Shown piece after piece: positions 1 through 11,495 of a stretch of DNA of 51,371 bases (positions are counted from its first letter, which is position 1; every line of letters begins with the position of its first letter). The stretch is from Chara braunii. Taxonomy: Eukaryota; Plantae; Charophyceae. A program made the position numbers and the translations under genes. The DNA is taken from positions 712,863 through 764,233 of the forward strand of contig BFEA01000029.1 of the NCBI GenBank assembly GCA_003427395.1, written 5' to 3'. The notes below the pieces were generated by a model. The model searched no databases and was not told the DNA's origin. It was given only the letters and a program-made list of their open reading frames with translations.

Positions 1-1199
1 GACGGTGTAGTTAGTTTTGAGGTTAGTTGGTTAGGATTGGAGTTAGTAGAAGGTCGGACTGCGCGGAGCTATGGCGGGAGTGGCAGAAACGAAAGGTAGG
101 AAAGTTGTGGATTCATTAATTTCCTAACGGATTTTAGTCGAATAAGAACCGATTTTGTGGTTCTGTAGCCGGGCGAGTCTGTTAGTAAGGTTAGTCTGGC
201 TATAAGGTTGGTAGGTTTAGAGTTGGAGAAAAGGGTGAACTTGGGCTGAAAAGTAGTGCACCAGGCGCATGCAACGAAGGAGAATTGAATTAGGCGGGTT
301 CTTTGGGCCAGGGGCACCAGCGATTGGAGATAGTGAGGGAAAGACTGGGCATCGTGCTGGTGTCGGGAGGAAGAGGCCAGCGGGAAAAGTGATTTGTAAG
401 TAATAATGAATATATCCGAACCTTAGTGGAAAGTTCATTCTACGTTATACTTACGGGGTAGAGCTAGACTAGGCTAGCAGCCACTATACTACCCACTGTC
501 CCAACCGTTAGGCAGTTTGATGTTGGTGATGATGCTAGTAGTAGTCGGAGTACTCGTCCTTGAAGTACCCGCCTATAGTCGGTATGTCGTGGTTCTGACT
601 ACGGCTTGTTGGTCTTGCCATAAAGATTGCAGTGCGGGGCGAACCGGAAGCCGGGCTACGACGCCAAATCGAATGCATACCGAGCGTGTGGATTGGAGGG
701 GTATCGGTCTGTGTTTTACTGTAGGTACGATCAATCAATCTGTGACTTGAGGACAACCGCAGGATTAGGAGCCTGCCTATTTTCCAGTATGCCGCCTATC
801 TGGCTATGAGGGATGATGAGTGTCCTAGCAAAAGGACCAAAGACTTGACTGTTGGCCGATGTGCTGGCCACCACTGTCATGCTCGGCTGGCAAGTTGGGG
901 ATATTATCGGACGGCCTGACTATGTACGAGCAGTGAAGAGAAGGGGGCAGGTTGCAGAGCCCTGGAGGCTCGACTGTTGGCTGAGACTGGCCGCTGCGCA
1001 TTGCCCCATACTACGACACGCTGTTCTATACCGCTGTGCTGCAGGCGGCGCGTGAGCNGCTTCTNTTAAGCTGCGNATGCGCTATTGTTGATTGCTGCAT
1101 TCAGCTGCANGTTGNTGAAGGTAGCCGTCGCGGGATGCTGTTGCANGTGACCGTTGCATGCCGGTGTTACTGCTGGCCNCACTCCAGTTGTATCTAAGC

Positions 1200-1684
1200 G
1201 CTATTGCGGGCTACTGTACGGTTGTGGTTAGGCTGCNNGAGGGGTTGTTGTCGCAGCATGGTAGGATGGAGGCCTGGGGAGGAGATCCGACCGGACGAAT
1301 AGGGGTTTAGTGCTGCGATTTAGGANGCCGTNAGGGGGTTGATTTCGGTAGTTTGACTTTCAGTTGAACAAGNTGTTATGTTGGCCGCCATTGCGAGGCC
1401 CTCAGACGATTGAAGATAACGAGGCCCTCTCCCGCGAGTCTNAGAGCACCCTTCTTGTATNTGAGCGACTCAAAACTTTCTCCTTCTGCNCTTCTAAATC
1501 TCANTCTAGTCCTTGGTTACGAGAGGAAGGCGGCAGGCGGGATNGCAACCCGTAAGTCCGCGTCAAGACTCTGTGGGGAGTCCACCCACCGATTGTCGGA
1601 GCTCTGCCNGAACTCAGGAAGAGTTCTGGAGGCAGGGAATCGTCANGTAAACCATTTCCATCTGTACAACCTACTACCACCCAT
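1200..1684 (-). pseudogene. Degenerate antisense ORF inside the LTR (MGGSRLYRWKWFT*RFPASRTLPEF...LVIFNRLRASQWRP)
   Basis: Manual translation from the ATG at 1684 shows in-frame stops and Ns. A TGCAG acceptor lies just upstream (~1699-1703). Homologous DNA is at 11496-11650 and 37905-38005. The 3' limit is approximate. Confidence 0.5.
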
Positions 1685-1899
1685 GTTTGTTTATCCCCCT
1701 GCANTATGACTGTTGTATGCNTNAGGTTGTCCCTATAGTTNTTTTGCTTTCTCTTNAGGACTAACCANATCAAAAGAAAAGGAATGTATGAGAGTGAAGC
1801 ATAAGTTTCAGNTTATTTTTGTCTGAAAGCAGACTAAGGTATGAATTGGGGGAAGGTGGGAGGAANGCAGTTTTGCATGCGTTTANAAGGGTCAACCAA

Positions 1900-2680
1900 A
1901 GCCTGAGCATTNTTTCTACTGTGAATGGCTCATGGCTATGTTTATTTGGCTGTTTTCTGAAGGACCAGGCATTGTTTCTAATGTGAATGGCCTGGTTGCT
2001 ATGTTTATCTAGTTGTTTTCTNGGCTCATGGCTATGTTTATTTGGCTGTTTTCTGAAGGACCAGGCATTGTTTCTAATGTGAATGGCCTGGTTGCTATGT
2101 TTATCTAGTTGTTTTCTGGAGGACCAGACATTGTTTCTACTGTGAATGGTCTGTTTACTTTAGTTAACTCTGGGGGTTTGCCTGATTGAAGGGGTTTAAA
2201 TTCTTGTTTTATTCTGAGAGAGGATTTATGGTCTAAGGCTAAGCATTGTTTCTACTTTGAATGGTTTAGGCTGAAAATCACGCACGTAAACTAAACTAAG
2301 TATAAAGGAAAGTACTTTATATATGTTTGCATGTGAACTTGCAGCTGGACATAGTTTCTACTGTGAATGCTTCAGCGTTAAGTCATATCATCAAGAAGAG
2401 AAAGAGAAAAATACAAAGTATAAACAAAAATAATATGATCAAGCTGAACATTGTTTCCATGACGAATGGTTCAGTCCCCTGCCCATATTTGCTTCCCTTT
2501 TTGAAAACAAAGTCAGAGAAATATTTAATTTTGGATATTAAACGGCTCAGGGTGGCTAGGCATTATTTCCATGGCGAATGGCCTAATCATATGTCCAAAA
2601 GAAGAGAGAAGTAGTTGTGCAACCTGTTCATGTAAACCTTAAAGACAAGTTGGACATTGTTTCTACTGTGAATGGTCCAG
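1900..2680 (+). repeat. Degenerate tandem repeats, core CATTGTTTCTACTGTGAATGG, inside the LTR
   Basis: About 9 core copies at ~1907, 1968, 2063, 2128, 2243, 2348, 2447, 2560 and 2654. Confidence 0.8.
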
Positions 2681-2959
2681 CTCTGTGTCTTATGTAAGAT
2701 GGGTATAAAGATTTAAGAACTTTAAAAGATTCATAAACTATCTATATGGAATGAACTTGGGGTTGGTGAGAGTACTTACCTTTGTGGTTTGACTTGCATG
2801 TGATTGAGTGAGGCCACTACTTAGTCTGAGTTTTCGGTTGATAGGTAATTGCTTTAGTTGCTCGCCACGTGCTAGAGCTAAAGGAGTTAGTTTCAATTCC
2901 TGCATTTTCTGAGCTAAGTTTTTTTTTTACTTAGATCAAATCTCGCTTTTTCTGGGATC

Positions 2960-3540
2960 ATTTTTTTATACTGGGCTTTGTATAAATCTTGGCAAGCTAC
3001 TTTCTCTACGGGAAGCGCTGCCGAAATTTTTACAGACCCAAGGAGTTAGTCTAATTTTTGACTTGTCAAAGTTCAACTTGTCTTTTCTTTATATCTGACC
3101 TAGTAAAAATTTGGAAAGTCTCTTTTTCTAAAGGGAGTGCTGCCTAAATTTTTGCTAATTCAGAGAGTTAGACAAATTTTGACTTTGAGAAGTCAAGGTT
3201 ATTCTCAAATTCTGAACTTGGCCTTGTATAAATTTTGAAAAAACACTTTTCTACAGGGAGTGCTGCCGAAATTTCTGCAAAACTAAGGAGTTAGTTGAAT
3301 CTTGTCTAAGTTGAACTCAGGTTGTTTTTTGAGTTCATATCTTACTTAGTATGAATCGGGGAAGTCTCCCTTTCTAAAGGGAGTGCTACCCTAATTCCTA
3401 CTAATTCAGGGAGCTAGACAAAATTTGACTTTCCAGAGTTTGAGATTATTTTTACTTTCATATTTAGAGTTATATAAATTTTGGAAATACATTTTTCCTA
3501 TGGGAATCGCTGCCGAAATTTTTCTAGTTTAGAGAAAGGG
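2960..3540 (+). repeat. ~122-bp tandem repeat (5 units) inside the LTR
   Basis: Motif TTTCTA..GGGA.(C/T)GCTGCC.AAATTT at ~3001, 3125, 3247, 3370 and 3493. An inverted array lies at 36250-36860. Confidence 0.85.
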
Positions 3541-4525
3541 GATTCCATTTTTTACGCTTGCTTGTTAAAGATTTTTATGGTTGGACATTGTAGTCTGTGG
3601 CAACCGTCAAAGTCAAACTCCTTGACTTTCGCCGCAGGCCTGGAGTGAAGCCCACCTCTAGGCCACCACAAGTATGGACCTGTGTACCACCCACTCTGCA
3701 TAAGGTGCAGAAGAGGGTGTGTGGTCTTGAACTGCGTTTGGCGGTTGTCCAGCGTCGAGAGATTAACCCTCAAGGCGCGTGTCAGCCGACACTTGAGTGT
3801 CGAATGCGACCCTCGAGATTAACGAGGACCGAGTAAGTATGGGTACTACATAGTACGCCATCATTGCGACCGCTTGCGTATGCTTGCATTGCGAGTCGAT
3901 ATGAGTTAGCCCTGCGTCCGCGTGATCTTATACTAAGTCTCGCGCTCGACGTCTATTTGATTTCTGCGTTGGAAAGTTATGGGTTGGCTACCGAGGGGCT
4001 AGGAGCGTTGTCGCGTTGTTTGTGTTGTGTTGTTTCGTATATGTGTTGTTTTGTGTGTATGTGTGTTTGTAAAGTGGAGTGCGCGTGGTGTGTGGGATGC
4101 GTCCTAGTCGACCGAAGACGAGCCGCGCTTGGGACTTCAGCCCCCCAAGATGTCGGTTCTCGTGCGGGTCCGATAAGCGTATTACCGCGCGTGCCCCATA
4201 TGCTACAGCGAACAAGAAACGCCCTCGGCTGGTCCACCTCTGCAATCGCAACTGATTAGCTTTCGTTATGTGGACTGGTAGCTTGGAGGGGATACGCCCA
4301 CCGAAGGGAGGTGACAACTCCCGTTAGGTGGAGGTAAGTCGTGCCTCGCGTAGGCCCTATCCTGTCGTAGGGGTTCGCGAGAGGTATGGCTGGCGCACTC
4401 GGCCGGAGTGGCTTGCGGAAACTCCATATATATATTTGCGACGAGGATTTAGACCAACTCCTGTGTGACGCGGCCGGGAGGGTCCTGCGCTGCCCTGGTG
4501 CGGTGCTGGACCGATGCGCTCGACA

Positions 4526-6575
4526 GCGGTGAGAGGTGGCCATTTAGCATTATATTTGTTGATGTTCCTGCATAGAAGCATGTGACCAACTGTCTTAACA
4601 CCGGGCCAAAATTCATTTTGTCAAGGCACATGTCTAGAAAGCACCAATCCCCATGATCGTTGGTCTTCTCAAAGTTGATGAAGAGGATTGTCGCTTCTAC
4701 TCCCCTTTGTCTGGCATATTTGATCGTTTCATTTACCAATAATATATTGTCTTGTATGTTCCGGTTAGGCATGAAGCATGTTTGGTCCATATGGATGAGG
4801 GCCGTCAAATGAGGCAGGAGCCGGTTGCAGAGGGTTTTTGTTTCTATCTTGTATGGGATAGGAAGGAGTGTGATAGGTCTGTAGTTGCTTAAAATATCCT
4901 CCTTATCTCTCGTCTTGTATATAAGGGTGGTGACTCCCTCGCTTAGCAGCGGGCCGAAGGTTCCTTCCTGCCGGGCTGCTTGCACGTATTCCATGATGTC
5001 TTCCCCCTGTTTTTCCTATAAGGTAATCCAAAATTCTTTGGGGAAGGCATCCAGTCTCGGAGTTTTATCGTCGTCCATGTCTTGTAGTACCTCAAGTATT
5101 TCTTCCCTAGTCAGTGGGCTCTCTAATGTTTGTCTTTGTTGTTGTGATAGGAGCGCCCCCAAATTTTGCAGCAACGATGTCCTTGCTTGAGTTAGAGCAT
5201 CTTCTCCTCACTGTGTCAAGTGCGAGGTGAAGAGGTTTTGATAGTACAGTGTGGCATAATCAACCACCTTGTAGGGATTTGTCGTTGTTGGTTGTGGGCA
5301 GTCAAACGGGTGTTTCAGGACAGCAACCAAATTTTGTCTACATCTGCACTTCGCCTTTTGGAAGAAGGCTTTGGACATTGTGCCTTTGTGTATGAGTGCT
5401 TGGATCCTCCACGCTTCCACCCTTTTGGTCTAGGTAGGCTTGGAGGTGGTCACGGACTTGCTGCCGTTGGTCAAATGTATTCTTGTCTAAGGGGCGGTCT
5501 GCTAGCTCGATGTCCCATTCTTCCAGTGACTTAAGCAGTGCTTCCAGGACTTCCTTTTTTTCCCTTGCATGTTTGATTGAAAATTTCTTGACCCATTCTC
5601 TCAGCCTGGCCACCCCTTCATTAAACCATTCGACCCGCGAGGAGTGTCGGTCTTTGCAAGTGGACCAGTGCGCCGAGAACTCTGTCACTTGGTCCTTAAG
5701 TTGGTCCAACTTGAAGAGAGAGGTGTTGAGTTTGTAGAAGCCGTGACCTCTTTCTATAAGGGTGTGGAAGAAAAGACCGAGCATGGTGCATTTATGGTTC
5801 AAGGCCCTGCATGGGCTGACCGGACTTATTTCTGCCACAACCAGCGCCCCGGTGAGGTCCCGGGACGTCAGTATGAGATCTATTCGGGAATTGGAGAGTC
5901 CCGCCTCTCCCCTAGATCTTATGCATGCATAGGCTCTTTTGTTCGGGCGTAGCAGTCTATATGTGTCCACAAGTTGTTTTTCTGCCATTAGGTGGCCCAG
6001 TTAGGTGATGTTAGGCGTCACTGGGTGGGAGTCCAGGAGTGTTGCTGACCTCCTGTCCATATTAGGGTCCGGTGTTATATTGAGGTCACCTGCAATTATG
6101 ACTGGGTCCTCCCACGGGATGTGTTCCTCCAGATCATGCAGGAAGGCCACTCGCTCAATCAGGTCGTTTGGTCCATACGCACTTACCAGGCATACTCTTT
6201 CTTCCCCCAATGTGGCCAGCAGGTACACCCACCTTTTGTTTTGTTGATCGTCAGTTGGGATGAGCCTTGAGGAGAGTGGTCGCCAAAGGGTCACTCCGGC
6301 TGATGCACATGCTGATGTCGGCGCTGCGAAGGACTGATACGGCCAGATTCTAGACATTGTGGCATTGTGGGCAGGCGAGCCTGACTGGTGGGTTTCTCGT
6401 ACACAGACGGCGTCCGACTGCCTGGCTGGCCATCATTCAGATGTTCCCAGATGATATTCTTTTTTTGGTTAGTAGCTGTCATGAGGCCATTCAAGTTCAG
6501 CGCCTTTATAAGCAGATCTGCCTGTGAAAGTTTTTTGAGCCATCGCGGGAATCGGCGAATCAGTGGAGGCACCAC
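4526..6575 (-). pseudogene. LINE (L1/Tx1-like) ORF2: APE endonuclease plus N-terminal RT, frameshifted and truncated by LTR insertion
   Basis: APE motifs ALNLNGL, LVSAYGPN, IIAGDLN, SRIDLIL. RT motifs NYRPITLLPIPYKI, DQTCFMPNRNIQDNI, LFINFEKTND, IMLNGHLS. The homology stops at the LTR end (4525). Confidence 0.92.
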
Positions 6576-6821
6576 CGGTGACAGGGGGAGGGGGGAGTGT
6601 GGGGGGCGCCGCTGAGCTGAGGGTGTCCCGGTGTCTGGAGGTGTGGGTGGAGCGGGTGAGCAGGGGTACAGTGGTGGGGGTAAAGGAAGTAGTGGCGGTG
6701 CCTGATTGTGGTCCGTCGATTCCGTGTTGCTGGCGCCGGGTTGGTTAGTGCAGTCCTTTTCCGTAGATTATTTTAGTTATTCAGAGGCTTTCTAGAGTGG
6801 CATTGTGAAGGGAGGGTCATC

Positions 6822-8472
6822 TCATATATTGGCCTTGTCCAGGAAGTCTTCTTCTAGGATTTGTTGTAAGAAACAGTGAATTTGGGCTAGTGTCCACGTG
6901 GCATTAGACTTCAGTCCGCGTGTCCGCAGGTCCCTCAGTTCCTCGAGCAAGTACCAACAAATATTAGGTTGCGGCGTGTTGTTGTCGTCAAACAACAACA
7001 CGACAAGTGTGATGCCCTTGGGAAACGGGTGGCCATTGCAGATTGCCACCCGTATTGGGTTACAATCCTTGTTGTCTTTGCATTTTTCTTGTGTCATCTG
7101 CAGGATCGTGGGTTTCGTGTGTAAAACTCTCCAACCTTGCACAATAAGATCGCCCTTGTATTGTTGCCCCGTCCCTGTCGATGTGTCGTAGTTGGCCAGT
7201 CTACCTGCCGGCCTCAGGCCCAGTTGCCACTGCTGATTGGCCATCCTTCTTAGCGGCAGCAGCAGGGTCCCTTGCATTTGTTGGTTCTGCCGACCTGCTG
7301 CTGTCGGGGCGACTGATGTCATCAAATCCGTCACCTTACCCCCCATGTTGGGCTTAATAGCTCCCAGCCAAGGGGGTTGTCATGACTGTTGCTGATCAGT
7401 CTCTCCGGGGGGCGGGATGACATTTTTCCTTGTGTCAACGTCCTGATCGCAGTCAGGCATTGGGGCGTGTCTCTCCCCTGTGTCCCAACCTCCCAATGTG
7501 AGTCGTCGATAGACGGAGTATACTGTATCCCCTTGTGAGTGGCAATCCATGGCCACGGATACCCTTTGATCGGTCTTGCGGTTGAGATTCATAGTCGGGG
7601 GAGGGCTCCGTGGTAGATGGATTCGTGTTGTTTCCGCAGGCTGACGCCTCTGAACTAAGTCTAAAGATTCAGCAGGGTCTGAGGAGTCCGACTGCATATT
7701 AATCACTTCCGAAGAGAGCGCTTTTAAGGCATCTTTCTCCTGCTCCCGTGGGAGCGGGGCAATCAACAGCAGCGATTTGTGGAGGTGTGAGGGATCATCT
7801 CCTCTATCGGTACTGCCTGAGTGGTGATCGCATTCGGGTCTTCTTTTTCTAATACTTGAGCTATCTCATGAACCCACACCTCCTGCCATTGTCGTCCCTG
7901 GACAGAGAACGCAACATGGGAATCGTCATGGCACAGAGTAGAAAGGGTTGACGAGATCCTTTCGGACTGTCGATGTGGCTTGACTTTGAGAATAATAGTC
8001 CTAACCGTGGCTATTATTGCCTTTCCCACTGTCAGTCATTCTATGCTAGCCGGGTCATCGTAGCAGTTTATGGTATCCTGTATGAGATCATGGTTCAGGA
8101 GTGTTCTCGGATCTGTTCCTAGTGCAGAGGCGGTATGTGTTCGTGCAGCGAGATGGCCTGGGGCGAGAGCAGGTTCAACAGGATCCAGTCCGCCAGCTCT
8201 TTGATGTGAGTTATTACCTGTTTGCTCCTATTGAGCAACCTTCCCGCTTTCTGCGTTTTATTTCTTTTCCGTTCTTTTTGCGGGGGTGATTGCGTGTTTG
8301 GATGTTGAGACGCCACATTCTCATTGGTTGAGGATGGGGCGGTCTCAGTCGGGGACTTTTCTTGTGTTTGTCCGGTGGCATCACTCATGGATTGATCTGT
8401 ATTAGGGGTTGTCTTAGGTAAGACCTTGGTTAAGGGTTCGTAGCCTAGTTGGTTAGAGCACCGGCATCTCAA
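6822..8472 (-). pseudogene. Probable LINE ORF1 remnant
   Basis: A run of co-oriented ORF fragments (8119-8472, 7763-8029, 7380-7766, 6822-7346) lies directly upstream of ORF2, with a Cys/His-containing C-terminal part. The call rests mainly on position. Confidence 0.55.
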
Positions 8473-8619
8473 GGGACAGGTTTTGGGCTCGACTCCAATC
8501 AGCCTCAGCCTGTCCTACGAATGCTTGGGCTCGAGTTAGGTTGACAACCCACGGAGTACTAGTCCCCCAGCCTAGCATAGCTGTGGTAGCTCTTGGGATA
8601 GCAAGGATGATAACACAAT

Positions 8620-8862
8620 CCATACTCCATAAACAACTGGGGTGCAGGGGGGGATGGGCCGGAGGTTCTCGCTGGTAGGAATTGGCCCTGTGGCGAACTG
8701 GTGCAGGTTAGGGGATCGATAACCCTCCCCCCTCAATATTATGATAATAGCAGGGGGTAGAGATAATACCTTCATAATAACATAACCCATAATCCATAAC
8801 CAAGCGGGGTGCAGGAGGGGGTGGGCCGGAGGTCTTCCCTAGCAGGAATCGACGCTGTGGCT
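8620..8862. repeat. Partial ~168-bp direct duplication at the presumed LINE 5' end
   Basis: GGGGTGCAGG..GGG.TGGGCCGGAGGT...AGGAAT...CTGTGGC occurs at ~8639 and ~8806. Confidence 0.55.
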
Positions 8863-10593
8863 TTGAAGTGAAAACTAGTGCACTGGGAGGTGTTTTTTTT
8901 TTTTTGTTTTTTTTTTTGCGTCAGCCAAAAGGCGGGACGTCATGCATAGTCCAGGTGGGACCAGTGGGACCGGTGGGGCACGTGAGTGAGTCAGGCGGTC
9001 CTTTATTTTTGTGAGAGCCGGGAGAGGTTGTTTTGACAAACGGCGTCATCTGGAAGTGAGAAAGGAGGACGTAGGACTGCCTAGGACCACTTGACACTAG
9101 TGGGCATCACCGCAAACCATTCGGTACCAGTTGGTACCAACGCGCTCCCCTCCACTCTGGCTGGTGCTGGTCCTACGGGACTGACCCAGGGACGCTGCGG
9201 GACTACGGCGGTGCAACGCGGCGGAATTTGGGCCTAGGGCCCAAACTTCACTAATTCTGGCTGCCATTTTTCCCACTGTAGTGGGGAGATGCTGCCAAAA
9301 TTTTATTACAGCGGGTAAAAGGCAGCTAGGCTGTTGGCAACGGCACCAGGCTGAACATACTTGCGGCAAGGTTATTTTTTCACTTCTTTTTTTTTTCTTT
9401 TGCCCAGCTATATCGGAATTTCAGGAGGTAGTTGGGCTTTTGCCATTTCCAAAAGTGTTTTTCTTTTATTTTTCTGATAAGGGTTTGGAGAGATAAACCG
9501 CCTTTCTGTTTGATGTATTTGGACCATTTTTCCAGGGCAGATATATCGGGGAAAAGGTTGTACTTAGCCTGTTCCTTCATAACCCCTCAATTTCCAGGCC
9601 CCTTCTAAAAACGGGAGCTTGACAGAAGTTGCCAGAGGTAGCACCACATGAGGACAAGTGTCCTCACAAGAAAAAAAAAGAAACAAACTAAAAGAAAAAA
9701 AAAATAAAACTAATCTAACTGATTGCGCCTGGCCATTCTCACGGCATGTTCATGCAGCTGCATGTAAGAGCTCCCTCCTTACTTTTCTCTACCCTCTCCT
9801 TAAAACGGGGAGGGTAGTTGTCAGGTTGGGAGAGGTAAGAACTCCTCCTCCCAATTCCCTTGATTTCCCCACTCTTTTCAATCCCCTCTTGTCTCTCGTG
9901 CATGCGTTGTGAGGAGCGAGATCCAAGATCTCGCGGCCTCAAATATAGGCCCCAAATAGAGTGGGGAGCCATCATGTTCCCACACAGTCGAAAAGGTTGT
10001 TCTTCCAACCTAGAGGCAACAAACTCGTTTGGATCTCCCCTTATCCCAGGGGCAGATTCATTCAATGTGGCTCATCCCATTACACGCACACTCACTTAGG
10101 CCGACTGCCGAGGTTACAACCTCTTGATAAGTTGGTGAAAAGTCCGACGAAACAGTCTGATACAGTCGTGCAGCCCATTCCAACGGGCGCAACACCTGTA
10201 GCAACGCATCTCCCTATGCTCTAGGGGTAGGTTCAATCAGTGGGGATAGCTTGAGGCTAGCCACAAGGTTGGAAGTCTCGCCCGTTCGTTTTCAACAAAC
10301 GGACGCTTCAAGCAACGAGTAGAGGAGGGAAGGGGAACTTAAGAATCTAAAAGAAAATCTAAGAAAAGAAAATAATATAAAAAGAAGATTTAAAAAAGAA
10401 ATAAAACAACAGAAAAAATTAAAACCAACTTACCTAAAGAAAAACGGTTGCCCGTTATTACGGGCGCCTGTAACCATTCATGGGGACTGTAAGTCCCCAT
10501 CACTTCTGAACGTGTCACATGACTACTGTTAGATTTTTTTTTTTTTTTTTTTTAATTACTACCGTTGGCATAAGCCAACGGTTACGGCAGATA

Positions 10594-10680
10594 GCCCCAC
10601 GCTTCGCTAGTACCTCGCCTGCTTTCTTGCCGATGTGAAGACCCTGGTTCGATTCTGTTCGGGGAATAAAAAAAAAAAAT
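10594..10680 (+). other. Degenerate tRNA-derived (SINE-head-like) sequence
   Basis: B-box-like GAAGACCCTGGTTCGATTC followed by AATAAAAAAAAAAA. No intact cloverleaf. Confidence 0.4.
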
Positions 10681-11189
10681 GTCATTCCTCGATTTATGTG
10701 TGTCATCCTTGCGCAGGGGTCCTGGTATAGCAGCGCGACCGTTTTCGGCCGTGAGATCCGTAGATCTTGAGGCTGAAAATGGTCGCGCCTCATGCATTCA
10801 AAATGGGCTGCTCCAAAAAGGAGATAGCGTGAGCAGAGTATTGTGCGGCTCGATCCCAGCATCTAGTGGGTAAACGCTAAATGTGGTACGTACTGGGCTA
10901 GCTCCTATCACAGGAGCTATCTCCGCCACCATTCTACTTGAAGGGTTGCGGCCCAGTAGGCTGCCTATTTTCTGGGCGGCAGATGCAGTCTACCTATCCT
11001 TTCCAAAGGCAGGTTGTCCGACCAGCTGGGTTTAATCCAGTAGGTCCGGCAATCCACCCCTCTTCATCGTGGTTTGCCTTCGACCCCTGACGTCCGTCTT
11101 TTAAAAAAAAACACGGCAGTCTGGCCTCGTTAGCTCTTCTCATTGTCGCCGTACCCTGACGCGACAATTTGTTTTGTTTTTTTAGTACT

Positions 11190-11495
11190 GAATCGCGCGG
11201 CTGTTAAGTTTTATCATAACGATATTTATTTTAGTGTTTCCACTGCCTCTTTCTGGTCTTATTTCAACGTAAGAGTGTCCGACTATATTGCCTACTTATG
11301 TCGTTATGTCTGTGGCAGATAGACGGTTACATAAATTATTTTTTTTTCCATCTCGTATGAGTCGGAATACAGTTCAACAGCGTTTTCATTTCATCAGACC
11401 AAATCTTTTCAAAACAAAACTTACTTCAGAATTCAGACATCGTCCGACATTGAAAATACAGGGTAGATACCCTTGTCAGGGTTTCTGTCCCGACA
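11190..11495 (-). mobile_element. Truncated terminus of a related LTR, inserted into the neighbouring LTR
   Basis: AAAATACAGGGTAGATACCCTTGTCAGGGTTTCTGTCCCGACA resembles the termini at 16304 (GGGCGGATACCCTTATAAGGGTATTCGCACCGACA) and 41470. The left limit is approximate. Confidence 0.6.

Larger units (their letters stand above)
1..4525 (+). mobile_element. Right-hand part of a giant Ty3/Gypsy LTR (3' LTR or solo LTR), inserted into a LINE
   Basis: Ends ...CGATGCGCTCGACA at 4525, the reverse complement of TGTCGAGCGCATCG at 28285 and 34127. 3550-4525 is an inverted homologue of 28285-29260 and 34127-35100; 2700-3540 of 36250-37450; 1-60 of ~13225-13280. No PBS follows it; LINE RT sequence resumes at 4526. 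Confidence 0.85.

Noticed and set aside
1058-2120. Scattered single Ns and an exact ~95-bp duplication (1928-2021 / 2023-2117)
   Set aside because: Most likely ambiguous gap-fill consensus and an overlap artefact.
1900-3540. CRISPR-like appearance of regularly spaced motifs
   Set aside because: The repeats are degenerate, the spacers are related to each other, there are no cas genes, and the context is a eukaryotic LTR.
10594-10666. Functional tRNA gene
   Set aside because: Only the T-loop/B-box is recognisable; the D-arm and stems do not form.
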